Below are positions 19,461 through 28,205 of a stretch of DNA of 64,000 nucleotides, one piece after another (within the stretch, counting starts at the first letter, position 1; each line of letters starts with the position of its first letter). The notes below the pieces were generated by a model that was given only the letters and a program-made list of their open reading frames with translations, did not search any database and was not told where the DNA came from. The position numbers and the translations under genes are program-made. The stretch is from an uncultured Clostridia bacterium (GTDB taxonomy: Bacteria; Bacillota; Clostridia; TANB77; CAG-508), in contig CAKPRA010000001.1 in NCBI GenBank assembly GCA_934180065.1, forward strand, positions 12,669 through 76,668. The letters run 5' to 3'.

Positions 19461-19834
19461 GTGTAATTATATTATATAAAAAAATGAAAAGTCGCGCAGT
19501 TTGGAAGCTTTTAGAAAAACATCTTAACTTCACAAAACTAAAACGAGGGTACTACAACTTTCACACTACTTTGTACGGGCGACCAGCAAGACTCGAATTT
19601 TTTTATATAATATAATTACACGGCCTCTTTACTATATTTTTTAATTTATATTGATGAAAAGTCGCGCAGTTTGGGAGCTTTTGGCTAAACATCTTAACTC
19701 CACCAAACTAAAACAAGGGTACTACAGCTTTCACACTACTTTGTACGAGCGACCAGTAAGACTCGAATTTTTTTATATAATATAATTACACGGCCTCCTT
19801 ACTACATTTTTTAATTTATATTGATGAAAAGTCC
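19461..19834 (+). repeat. Structured element family, locus A: left arm plus two 170-nt units plus an 8-nt start of a third
   Basis: The 25-bp perfect arms 19461-19485 and 19597-19621 clamp a ~110-nt core. The unit repeats at 19656-19825, with its right arm at 19767-19791. Confidence 0.8.
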
Positions 19835-19871
19835 TTTCACACGGGTAACCGTATTATTCTAAAAAATTCCA

Positions 19872-19900
19872 TTGACTAACAAATATTTTTAATGTATTAT
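19872..19900 (+). promoter_or_regulatory. Putative sigma-A promoter of clpE
   Basis: TTGACT, 17-nt spacer, TATTAT. It lies inside the ORF-track N-terminal extension, which supports the 19937 start. Confidence 0.45.
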
Positions 19901-19936
19901 ATTATATATTTAATAAGAAAAAAAAGGAGAAAAACT

Positions 19937-22231
19937 ATGTTATGTTCAGTTTGTAAAAAAAATGCAGCTGTAATATTTATAAATAAATCAAACGACCTTA
20001 GTAATATGGAAGGTTTATGTTATGAATGTGCAAAAAAGCAAGGAATCAATCCATTAGATGCATTAGCCAAACAAGCTAATTTATCTGACAGCGATCTTGA
20101 AAATATGTCAAAACAATTTGAATCAATGTTTAATGACATATCAGAAAACTCAGATTTTTCAATAGATGATAATGATTTAGATAATTCAAATAATAGTCTA
20201 GGTTCCATTTTTTCAGGTTTATTTGGCAATTCTCAAAATTCAAATAGCGAATCAAATTCTGAAAATTCAGCATCCGGATCTACACAAAAAGTTAAAACAG
20301 AAAAAAAATCAAATAATAAAAAACATAAAGCTTTAGATAATTTTGGAACAAATTTAACAAATAAAGCAAAAAACAATCAATTAGATTTAGTTATTGGCAG
20401 AGATAAAGAGCTAGAAAGAGTTATTCAAATTTTAAATAGACGTTCAAAAAACAATCCATGTCTTATAGGAGAGCCTGGTGTTGGAAAAACTGCAATAGCT
20501 CAAGGTTTAGCAATAAAAATTGCAAATGGTAATGTTCCTGCAAAATTATTAAATAAAGAAGTCTACCTTCTTGATATGACAGCAGTTATTGCAGGTACAC
20601 AATTTAGAGGACAATTTGAATCAAGAATGAAATCTATTATTGATGAATGTAAAAATTGCGGAAATATAATATTAGTAATTGACGAAATTCATAATATTAT
20701 TGGTGCTGGAGATGCCGAGCATTCTATGAATGCAGCTGATATCTTAAAGCCATCATTATCTAACGGTGAAATTCAACTAATTGGAACAACCACACTTAAG
20801 GAATATAGAAAATATATTGAAAAAGACAATGCCTTAGAAAGAAGATTTCAAAAAGTACTTGTTGAAGAGCCATCTCCATCTGATGCAGTTAATATTTTAG
20901 AAGGTATAAAAAAATATTATGAAGATTTCCACAAAGTAAAAATTTCTACAGATGTTATTAGACAAGCTGTTATCATGTCCGAAAAATATATTCATGACAG
21001 ATTTTTGCCAGATAAAGCTATTGACGTTTTAGATGAAGCCTGCTCAGAAATAAATTTAAAAAACAAAGATTTATATAAATTAGAAGTATTAAAAAATGAA
21101 CTTACAGAAGTCCAATCCCAAAAAGAAGAAGCTGCACAAGCAGATTCTACCGAAGATTATCAAAAAGCTGCAGAATTGAAAATGAGAGAATGTAAATTAT
21201 TAGAGCAAATTGATAATTTAAATAAAAAAATGAAAACTGTTTCTTTAACAGTTCAAGATATTGCAAATGTTATTGAACGTTGGACAAAAATCCCTGTAAG
21301 TAAAATTACTGAAGAAGAAACTCAAAAACTATTAAATCTTGAAAATAATCTACATAAAAGAATCATTGGTCAAGATGAAGCAGTAAAAACTGTTTCAAGA
21401 GCAATTAGACGTAATAGAGCCGGGCTTCAATCAACAAAACGCCCACCTTCATTTATTTTTGTTGGACCAACAGGTGTTGGAAAAACTGAACTTGCAAAAT
21501 CATTAGCATATGAAATGTTTGGTGATGAAAACTCTATAATTCGTGTTGATATGTCCGAATATATGGAAAGCCATTCAACAGCTAAATTAATTGGCTCTCC
21601 TCCAGGTTATGTTGGATATGATGATGCTGGTCAATTAACTGAAAAAGTAAAAAGAAAACCTTATTCTATTATTTTATTTGATGAAATTGAAAAAGCACAC
21701 TCTGATGTTTTTAATATTTTATTACAAGTATTAGATGACGGACGATTAACTGATGCACAAGGAAATACAATAAATTTTGAAAACACTATAATAATAATGA
21801 CTTCAAATGTTGGCTCAAATGTAAATACAAATTCAATTGGTTTTGGTCATGAATCAATTACAGATTATAGTAAACTTCAAGATAGTTTAAAAGAAACATT
21901 TAGACCGGAATTTTTAAACAGAGTTGACGAAATTGTAACATTCAAATCTTTAACTCAACCTCAACTTCTTGAAATAATTAATTTGATGCTTAAGAAAACA
22001 GAAAAAGCTCTTAATGATAAAGATATATCCTTAATTATTTCTGAATCTGCAAAACAATATTTATTAACTGTTGGAACAGACATAAAATATGGTGCTAGAC
22101 CATTAAGAAGAGCAATTCAAAGATATATTGAAGATGAATTATCAGAGCTAATCTTAAAATCAGAGCTAAAAAACGGCCAAACCATAAGCATTGATTGCTT
22201 AGATAACAAATTAGATTTTAATGTACAATAA
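19937..22231 (+). CDS. clpE: ClpE-type Clp ATPase (N-terminal zinc finger, two AAA+ modules)
   Basis: CSVC...CYEC N-terminus. Walker A motifs GEPGVGKT and GPTGVGKT, a short UVR-like middle domain, and an IGFG ClpP-docking loop. The ATG at 19937 has an AAAGGAGA SD. Confidence 0.8.
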   Translation: MLCSVCKKNAAVIFINKSNDLSNMEGLCYECAKKQGINPLDALAKQANLSDSDLENMSKQFESMFNDISENSDFSIDDNDLDNSNNSLGSIFSGLFGNSQNSNSESNSENSASGSTQKVKTEKKSNNKKHKALDNFGTNLTNKAKNNQLDLVIGRDKELERVIQILNRRSKNNPCLIGEPGVGKTAIAQGLAIKIANGNVPAKLLNKEVYLLDMTAVIAGTQFRGQFESRMKSIIDECKNCGNIILVIDEIHNIIGAGDAEHSMNAADILKPSLSNGEIQLIGTTTLKEYRKYIEKDNALERRFQKVLVEEPSPSDAVNILEGIKKYYEDFHKVKISTDVIRQAVIMSEKYIHDRFLPDKAIDVLDEACSEINLKNKDLYKLEVLKNELTEVQSQKEEAAQADSTEDYQKAAELKMRECKLLEQIDNLNKKMKTVSLTVQDIANVIERWTKIPVSKITEEETQKLLNLENNLHKRIIGQDEAVKTVSRAIRRNRAGLQSTKRPPSFIFVGPTGVGKTELAKSLAYEMFGDENSIIRVDMSEYMESHSTAKLIGSPPGYVGYDDAGQLTEKVKRKPYSIILFDEIEKAHSDVFNILLQVLDDGRLTDAQGNTINFENTIIIMTSNVGSNVNTNSIGFGHESITDYSKLQDSLKETFRPEFLNRVDEIVTFKSLTQPQLLEIINLMLKKTEKALNDKDISLIISESAKQYLLTVGTDIKYGARPLRRAIQRYIEDELSELILKSELKNGQTISIDCLDNKLDFNVQ

Positions 22232-22251
22232 TTCAAATGGAGGTTATACAC

Positions 22252-22818
22252 ATGAAAAAAAACGTACCAAATATATTAACTATATCAAGATTTATTTTAA
22301 TACCATTTATAATACTTGCTTTGATATATAATAAATTTCTATTAGCTTTTATATTATTGACTATATCTGGATTAACAGATGTTCTTGATGGTTTTATTGC
22401 AAGAAAATTCAACTTAATAACAGACTTTGGAAAATTAATAGACCCATTAGCAGATAAAGCAACTCAAATTGCAATTTTGGTTGCATTAGCTTTAAAGCCT
22501 ACTCCTGATGGTGGAACAATAATTCCAATATGGATATTATTTGTAATAGCAATAAAAGAATTCCTAATGGTAGCAGGAGCATCATTCCTATATGGAAAAG
22601 ATACTGTTGTTTCTAGCAAATGGTATGGAAAACTTACAACTGTGATATTTTACATTGCAATTGTTTCATCATTAGCAATAGCTTATTTTAACTTAAGTTT
22701 TAAATTTGACCAATATATTTATTATTTAGGTCTTGCTATGACAGTATTCTCTTTAGTAATGTATTTTCATTCATTTTATGCTGATGGATATTTAAAAAAT
22801 ATAAATAAAACAAAATAG
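22252..22818 (+). CDS. pgsA: CDP-diacylglycerol--glycerol-3-phosphate 3-phosphatidyltransferase
   Basis: CDP-alcohol phosphatidyltransferase motif DGFIARKFNLITDFGKLIDPLADK in a polytopic protein. Confidence 0.8.
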   Translation: MKKNVPNILTISRFILIPFIILALIYNKFLLAFILLTISGLTDVLDGFIARKFNLITDFGKLIDPLADKATQIAILVALALKPTPDGGTIIPIWILFVIAIKEFLMVAGASFLYGKDTVVSSKWYGKLTTVIFYIAIVSSLAIAYFNLSFKFDQYIYYLGLAMTVFSLVMYFHSFYADGYLKNINKTK

Positions 22819-22853
22819 AGTTATGTACTAAAAATTTATAATAAAATTTAATA

Positions 22854-22883
22854 AAGTGTGTCATTTTTAATAATGGCACACTT
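22854..22883. terminator. Bidirectional terminator
   Basis: Stem aagtgtgtcat / atggcacactt between convergent genes. Confidence 0.55.
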
Positions 22884-22917
22884 AAAAAATATCTAACTAA
22901 AATATTACCTCTCTATT

Positions 22918-23511
22918 TTACTCATAATCTTCTATTAAGCTAGACAAATTTTCTTTTCCTATTATATTTATTCCCTCTTCCAATTTTGCCTGATCTTCTT
23001 TTGGAAGGTATTTTGTAAATATTTTTGTTTCATAAACTAAATTTTCCTCATTGTTTTCATTTTTATTATAAACATTAATCATACCATCTACAGACTTAAC
23101 AATGTAATGTTCATTACACATCTCAGCTAGCTCTTTATATATAATAATTTGCTTATCAGAAAATTTATTTAATTTCCAATCAAAATAGTATTTTTCAACT
23201 TCTTTTTCATTCATATTAACAATTTCTTCGGGTACTACATATTCTTCTTGCACATAATGTCCACATTTTTTATAATATGTCTTTATTGTTAGTTTTGCAT
23301 TAGGGCCCACAAGCTCCTGCTCTTTATTTGAAGTTATAATACTATTTTCATCTGAGCCAATTTTTTTATTTTCTCCAGTTTCATTTACTATCAAATTTTC
23401 ATTTTTAAAGCTTTTATTATCATATTGTTTTATTATAAAAAAAACTATCACTAAAACCAATAAAATCGAAAAAAATGTACTTAATATTATTAAACTTTTT
23501 TTGCTCATCAA
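22918..23511 (-). CDS. Membrane-anchored protein, BofC C-terminal-domain-like
   Basis: N-terminal TM anchor. KKCGHYV...CNEHYIVKSVDGMINVY resembles clostridial BofC_C-domain proteins, from memory. Confidence 0.4.
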   Translation of the reverse strand: MMSKKSLIILSTFFSILLVLVIVFFIIKQYDNKSFKNENLIVNETGENKKIGSDENSIITSNKEQELVGPNAKLTIKTYYKKCGHYVQEEYVVPEEIVNMNEKEVEKYYFDWKLNKFSDKQIIIYKELAEMCNEHYIVKSVDGMINVYNKNENNEENLVYETKIFTKYLPKEDQAKLEEGINIIGKENLSSLIEDYE

Positions 23512-23673
23512 CTCACCTCTAATACTAAATAGTATTTTTTCTTATTATTGCAAAATTTTTCAAATTTATTCATTTATAAGATTTATTTTACTTTTTTGTT
23601 ACTATTCACAGCCACGCTCTTTCAGATATAGTATATATTGTGCGATATTTTGTTATAGCCTTTATATTTATGT

Positions 23674-26124
23674 TTACTTACCTATACTTTCAAGCTTTAT
23701 TTTTTTCCCATCAGACTTAATTATAATTTCACCCATTAAATCTGTTCTATAAATTTCAACATTCATTTTATTCAAAGTTTCAATTACAGATTGTGAAGGA
23801 TGTCCAAATTTATTATTTATACCAACTCCAATTATTGCATATTTTGGATTAACTTTTTTCAAAAACATTTCACTCGAGGATGTTTTTGATCCATGATGTG
23901 GCACTTTTAAAATAGTTGAATTTAATGCATTATTTTTATACTTAGATATAATTCTTTGTTCAGCCATATTTTCAATATCTCCAGTAAATAATATAGAAAA
24001 TTTTCCGTACATCATTTTCAATACTAAAGAATTGTTATTTATATTATTTTCAGAAATAACACTATTTTCGTCAGGCCATAAAGTTTCAAAAAATATATTA
24101 TCAATATTTATTCTATCTCCTGATTGAAAAACTCGAATATTTATATTAGTACTCTTAGCAATTTTTTTAAATTTCTCGTAATTTTCACTTTGTTCAAATT
24201 GTTTTCCAATAATAATATTTTTTATTTTCATATTTTGCATTATGTAAAAAAGACCTCCACAATGATCTGAATCAAAGTGAGAAATTATCATATAATCTAA
24301 GCTCTTAACCCCTCTATTTATTAGATATGGGTATAATATATTTTTTCCAATATAATCTTCCTCATTATTTCCTGTATTTTTATAAAGGCTCTCATTTCCG
24401 CCCCCATCAATTAATATATTTTTGTTATTTTTGGTTATTATTAATGTACTATCTCCTTGTCCAACATCTATAAAATAAACTTCTATCCCCTTATTTATTC
24501 CTATAATCAAATATGAAACTGTAGAAATGATGATGTTTACTATAATTATAAATTTCAAAATTTTATTTATTATTTTTTTATCCTTTTTAATTGCTTTAAT
24601 TTTAATATACATAAAAAAAATAACAATATAATAACAAACTATATTCATAATTTTTATACTTCCAATTTTAAAATTAAAAAATCTAAGTTTACAGCAAAAT
24701 TTAGAAAAATTAAGCAATAAATTGACACAAAAAGTTAATAACATTCCAATAAGATTGGCTAAATTACTAGAAATAAGTGTACAAATCAAGAATATAAATA
24801 TCATTGGAATAATTATAGATACAAGAAAACTAGATATCGGATTAGAAACTATAAAGATAATTGAAAATTTATTATAGATTGTTGCAATAATTGGAAATGT
24901 TGTAATATTTGCCGATATCCCTAAACTTACTTGCTCTTTTAGATATTTTACTATTTTTAAATTCTCTTTGATTTTTAAAACTTTATTAAAATATCCATAA
25001 AATAGAATTATTCCGACAGTTGCCAAAAAAGATAACAAAAAACTTGAACTATAAATATTAAATGGATTTATAACAAGAATAAAAATTGCAGAAATTGAAA
25101 TATTAGTTAAACTATCACTTTTTCTAAAAAGAATTTTTGAAAGATAAAAAATTACTATCATTATTGTTGCTCTCAAAACAGAGCTTGTATTTTGTACCAA
25201 ATTATAAAAAAATATCACTCCAAAAATAGACAATATATAAGAAGCTTTTTTTCCAAATTTTTTTGTAATTATTGTAATAAAATTAGCCACGTACATAACA
25301 TGTAGTCCTGAAATAGCAAGTATATGTGATAAACTACTTTCTGAAAAACTATCTATTATATCTGTACTTAAATTTGCCTTATCTCCCAAAATTAATGCTG
25401 TACAAAAATTATTAATATTTTCAGATAAATGTTTCGAAAATTCCTTTTTAATTTTCCTGTTTATATTTATCATAATTTTTTTATACAAAGGAATTTTCTC
25501 ATTTGATATTTTTTTAATACTTTCCACATTTATAACTGCACATATATTTTTACTCATTAAATATTTCCTATAATCAAAACATCTATAATTTTTTTGTTTT
25601 TGAACATTGTCAAAAGTTCCATTTATTAATATTATATCTCCAATATCAAAATTACCTATTGTTGCACCTTTATTCTTTATTAATATTTTTTTGCCAATGT
25701 ATTTTAAATTGTTTATTCTATTAACTTTAATTATTTTAATAACAATTTTATTTCCATATTGAGATTCAATTACTTGATCTACCTTTCCAATTATTGAGAT
25801 ATTCTCACTATCATAATATATTTCATAAAAATCCATTCTCTTATTCACTGTAATATTACTTGATACAATTATTGTTATTATAATAACAAACTTATATTTT
25901 AATTTATTAAGTTCCTTTTTTAATTTCTTAATACTATTTAGATTATTTTCATTAGTTATTATTTTTGAGTATTTATATTTTATATATCTATAGTGAATAC
26001 ATACATAACTTAAATATACACATAAAATAAAAGTCAAAAAGAGGATTATATTCTTTCTAAAATATAATCCCCCTATTATTCCTATTACATAGCATATTGC
26101 CACTAATAAAATCTTTCTTTTCAA
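23674..26124 (-). CDS. comEC: DNA internalization competence protein ComEC/Rec2
   Basis: 816 aa with a polytopic competence domain and a C-terminal metallo-beta-lactamase domain (HFDSDHCGG, VPHHGS). Confidence 0.85.
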   Translation of the reverse strand: MKRKILLVAICYVIGIIGGLYFRKNIILFLTFILCVYLSYVCIHYRYIKYKYSKIITNENNLNSIKKLKKELNKLKYKFVIIITIIVSSNITVNKRMDFYEIYYDSENISIIGKVDQVIESQYGNKIVIKIIKVNRINNLKYIGKKILIKNKGATIGNFDIGDIILINGTFDNVQKQKNYRCFDYRKYLMSKNICAVINVESIKKISNEKIPLYKKIMININRKIKKEFSKHLSENINNFCTALILGDKANLSTDIIDSFSESSLSHILAISGLHVMYVANFITIITKKFGKKASYILSIFGVIFFYNLVQNTSSVLRATIMIVIFYLSKILFRKSDSLTNISISAIFILVINPFNIYSSSFLLSFLATVGIILFYGYFNKVLKIKENLKIVKYLKEQVSLGISANITTFPIIATIYNKFSIIFIVSNPISSFLVSIIIPMIFIFLICTLISSNLANLIGMLLTFCVNLLLNFSKFCCKLRFFNFKIGSIKIMNIVCYYIVIFFMYIKIKAIKKDKKIINKILKFIIIVNIIISTVSYLIIGINKGIEVYFIDVGQGDSTLIITKNNKNILIDGGGNESLYKNTGNNEEDYIGKNILYPYLINRGVKSLDYMIISHFDSDHCGGLFYIMQNMKIKNIIIGKQFEQSENYEKFKKIAKSTNINIRVFQSGDRINIDNIFFETLWPDENSVISENNINNNSLVLKMMYGKFSILFTGDIENMAEQRIISKYKNNALNSTILKVPHHGSKTSSSEMFLKKVNPKYAIIGVGINNKFGHPSQSVIETLNKMNVEIYRTDLMGEIIIKSDGKKIKLESIGK

Positions 26125-26149
26125 TATTCTCCTTTATAATAACCCCTTA

Positions 26150-27556
26150 TTATAATACTCTTCTAGCACAAACGTATCTTTTTTGATATGAAGAAGATGA
26201 TAATGAAGAAATTATTACACCTGTTCTTGAGTTAGAAGCATGTATAAATTCTCCTCCACCTATGTATAATCCAACATGACCAATTCTTGTATTTGATGTA
26301 TCTCTAAATATTAAAATATCACCCGGTTGTAAATTACTTTTACTTACTGCAACACCATCATTTGCTTGTGTTGATGATGATCTACTTAATGAATATCCAA
26401 AATGTTTATATACATATTGAACAAATCCTGAACAATCAAAAGTATTAGGACCATTAGTTCCATAAACATATCTATATCCTAAAAAGTTTCTAGCATATGC
26501 AACTATAGCTTCACCATTTGGATTTGAAGCAACTGTTTCATTTTTTGTTACTGTTTCTACGGGTTGCTCTGTATTTTCTTTATTGCTTTCTTCCAAACTT
26601 GTTGAACTTCTTGATGTTACTTCAACTTTCTTTGAAGATAATAAAGATTTTGAAATATATGCTTTTTTATTATCTATTTTAATTATGTACCAATCTCCAT
26701 CTTCTCCTGTTACTTTCACAGAATCATTTGTATTTAATACTTTTACAACTTCTGAAGATTTATTAGCCTCACTTCTTGCATTTACTGCTGTTCCTTTTAC
26801 ATAATAAGTTTTTGCACTTGAATATGTTTTTTCTGTAGATTTGTTTTCTTCTTTTTTAGGCTCTTCTGTCTTTTTACCATCTTCTACAGTTTTATTATTT
26901 TCTTCTGTCTTGTTTTCCGCTGCTTTATTATCATCAATTTTTGTTATCTTTTCAGTTAAGACCCAACCTGAGTTAGAGCTAGAGCTAACATATGACCATA
27001 ATCCAGCTGTAATAAGAACATCATATGTTTCATTAGATTTTGTCTTATTCATAGATATTGCATTTATTAATGGTGCAACTTTTAAATCTATTTCGCTATT
27101 GAAATTTCCTTTCATAGGCTTAGATTGCTCTTCTTGTTTATTTTCAACAGTTTCATTTTCTGTAGAATTTGTAGTTGTCGTTTCAGTTGTTGTTGGCTCT
27201 TCTTTTTTTATATTATTATCTACATTATTTTTGTCATTATCATTATTATTTTGGTCTATAGTGTTATTTGAAATAACATTCTCTTCTTTTACTTTTATAT
27301 ACTGTTTACTTACATATCCAACTTTACCATTAGCTTTTACTTTGTACCAATCTCCATTTTGTCCAAGGATTTCTACCTTCTCATTTTCATCTAGTAAAGC
27401 TAAAACTTGTGAGGATGTACTTTCTTCTTTTCTCAACCTTAAATCACTTGTTGATACAGTTCCTGTTGTTGCAAACACAGTTGTGTTAAAGCACAAAAAT
27501 AAAATTATAGTTATGCCAATAATTACAATCATAGCCATACTTTTTTTATCTTTCAT
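26150..27556 (-). CDS. Secreted SH3b-repeat NlpC/P60 peptidoglycan hydrolase
   Basis: Signal/TM segment, SH3b-like repeats (GDWYKVKANGKVGYV; GDWYIIKIDNKKAYI), and C-terminal NlpC/P60 (FDCSGFVQYVY...GHVGLYIG). The start at 27556 has an AAAGGAGA SD. Confidence 0.85.
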   Translation of the reverse strand: MKDKKSMAMIVIIGITIILFLCFNTTVFATTGTVSTSDLRLRKEESTSSQVLALLDENEKVEILGQNGDWYKVKANGKVGYVSKQYIKVKEENVISNNTIDQNNNDNDKNNVDNNIKKEEPTTTETTTTNSTENETVENKQEEQSKPMKGNFNSEIDLKVAPLINAISMNKTKSNETYDVLITAGLWSYVSSSSNSGWVLTEKITKIDDNKAAENKTEENNKTVEDGKKTEEPKKEENKSTEKTYSSAKTYYVKGTAVNARSEANKSSEVVKVLNTNDSVKVTGEDGDWYIIKIDNKKAYISKSLLSSKKVEVTSRSSTSLEESNKENTEQPVETVTKNETVASNPNGEAIVAYARNFLGYRYVYGTNGPNTFDCSGFVQYVYKHFGYSLSRSSSTQANDGVAVSKSNLQPGDILIFRDTSNTRIGHVGLYIGGGEFIHASNSRTGVIISSLSSSSYQKRYVCARRVL

Positions 27557-27752
27557 TTTTTTAATCTCCTTTAACGTAAAACTGGTATCAGTATACATCA
27601 ATATTCAATAAAAGTCAATTTTTTCCAATATAAAATTTCCTACTATAACAAAAGCGGACATTAATAACATTTGCTCTGTTTAAGACATTTTAAAGTCCGC
27701 GTCTTTGTTCGTGCACAAAAATTACACTCATATATTTAACTTTCCTATTATA

Positions 27753-27778
27753 AAAGACATAACTTACGTTATGTCTTT
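27753..27778 (-). terminator. Terminator after hup
   Basis: Stem aaagacataac / gttatgtcttt with a 4-nt loop and a T-tract on the minus strand. Confidence 0.6.
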
Positions 27779-27812
27779 ATATGAATTCATATTTATATAT
27801 AAATTTCAATTA

Positions 27813-28088
27813 TTATCCATTAACAGCATCTTTTAATGCTTTTCCAGCTTTGAATACAGGAGCTTTTTTAGCAGCTATTTTCATTTCTTTACCTGTTTGT
27901 GGGTTTCTTCCTTTTCTTGCAGCTCTTGATCTTACTTCGAAAGATCCAAATCCTACTAATTGGATTTTATCTCCTTTAGCTAGTGTTTCTGCTATAACAT
28001 CTACTAATGCGTTTATTGATGCTTCAGCACTTTTCTTTGTTTCTCCTGTTTTAGCAGCTACTGCCGCAATTAAATCAGATTTGTTCAT
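27813..28088 (-). CDS. hup: DNA-binding protein HU
   Basis: [11 protein letters not shown]...[24 protein letters not shown], 91 aa. Confidence 0.95.
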   Translation of the reverse strand: MNKSDLIAAVAAKTGETKKSAEASINALVDVIAETLAKGDKIQLVGFGSFEVRSRAARKGRNPQTGKEMKIAAKKAPVFKAGKALKDAVNG

Positions 28089-28205
28089 TGTTCATTACCT
28101 CCTATTGAATTTTATATTATGTACTTTATAATTCTGGTTCTATTGCAGATTTATAAACTACTATAATGATTATTCGCCAAATTAATACAAAATCCTTCTT
28201 TTTTC

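Noticed and set aside
19484-19615. A 43-codon ORF (MKSRAVWKLLEKHLNFTKLKRGYYNFHTTLYGRPARLEFFYII) runs through structured-element unit A1, with a similar ORF in A2.
   Set aside because: There is no SD, only an A-run upstream. In locus C the equivalent frame is preceded by TGA and stops after 17 codons. In locus B the frame shifts mid-core. Differences between loci fall as compensatory pairs in stems rather than at synonymous sites. A structural RNA or DNA element fits better than a peptide gene.
19461-19834. The flanking inverted repeats plus a ~160-nt structured core resemble a retron msr-msd.
   Set aside because: No reverse transcriptase ORF lies adjacent or anywhere in the 64-kb window. The element is multi-copy and tandem, which retron ncRNA genes are not.
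19835-19936. A CtsR operator might lie upstream of clpE.
   Set aside because: Only a single AGTCAAT-like half-site is present, overlapping the -35 box. No direct repeat at the required spacing is seen.
26841-27611. A 256-aa ORF on the + strand. Other antisense track ORFs are similar, for example 29038-29640, 4262-4618, 27781-28131, 52255-52554 and 63305-63586.
   Set aside because: They lie entirely antisense to well-supported genes (NlpC/P60, flippase, fusA, hup, spoIVA, membrane protein). They lack SD sequences and have the skewed low-complexity composition of shadow ORFs.
27602-27750. There could be a c-di-AMP (ydaO-type) riboswitch in the 150-nt leader of the NlpC/P60 gene, a common association. 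A gcggac/gtccgc hairpin followed by a T-tract is present.
   Set aside because: I can't find the conserved ydaO core motifs (ACGGGG / CCCG-type pseudo-symmetric elements). The region is otherwise plain AT-rich sequence with one hairpin, so it is more likely a simple attenuator or terminator. A cmscan would settle it.
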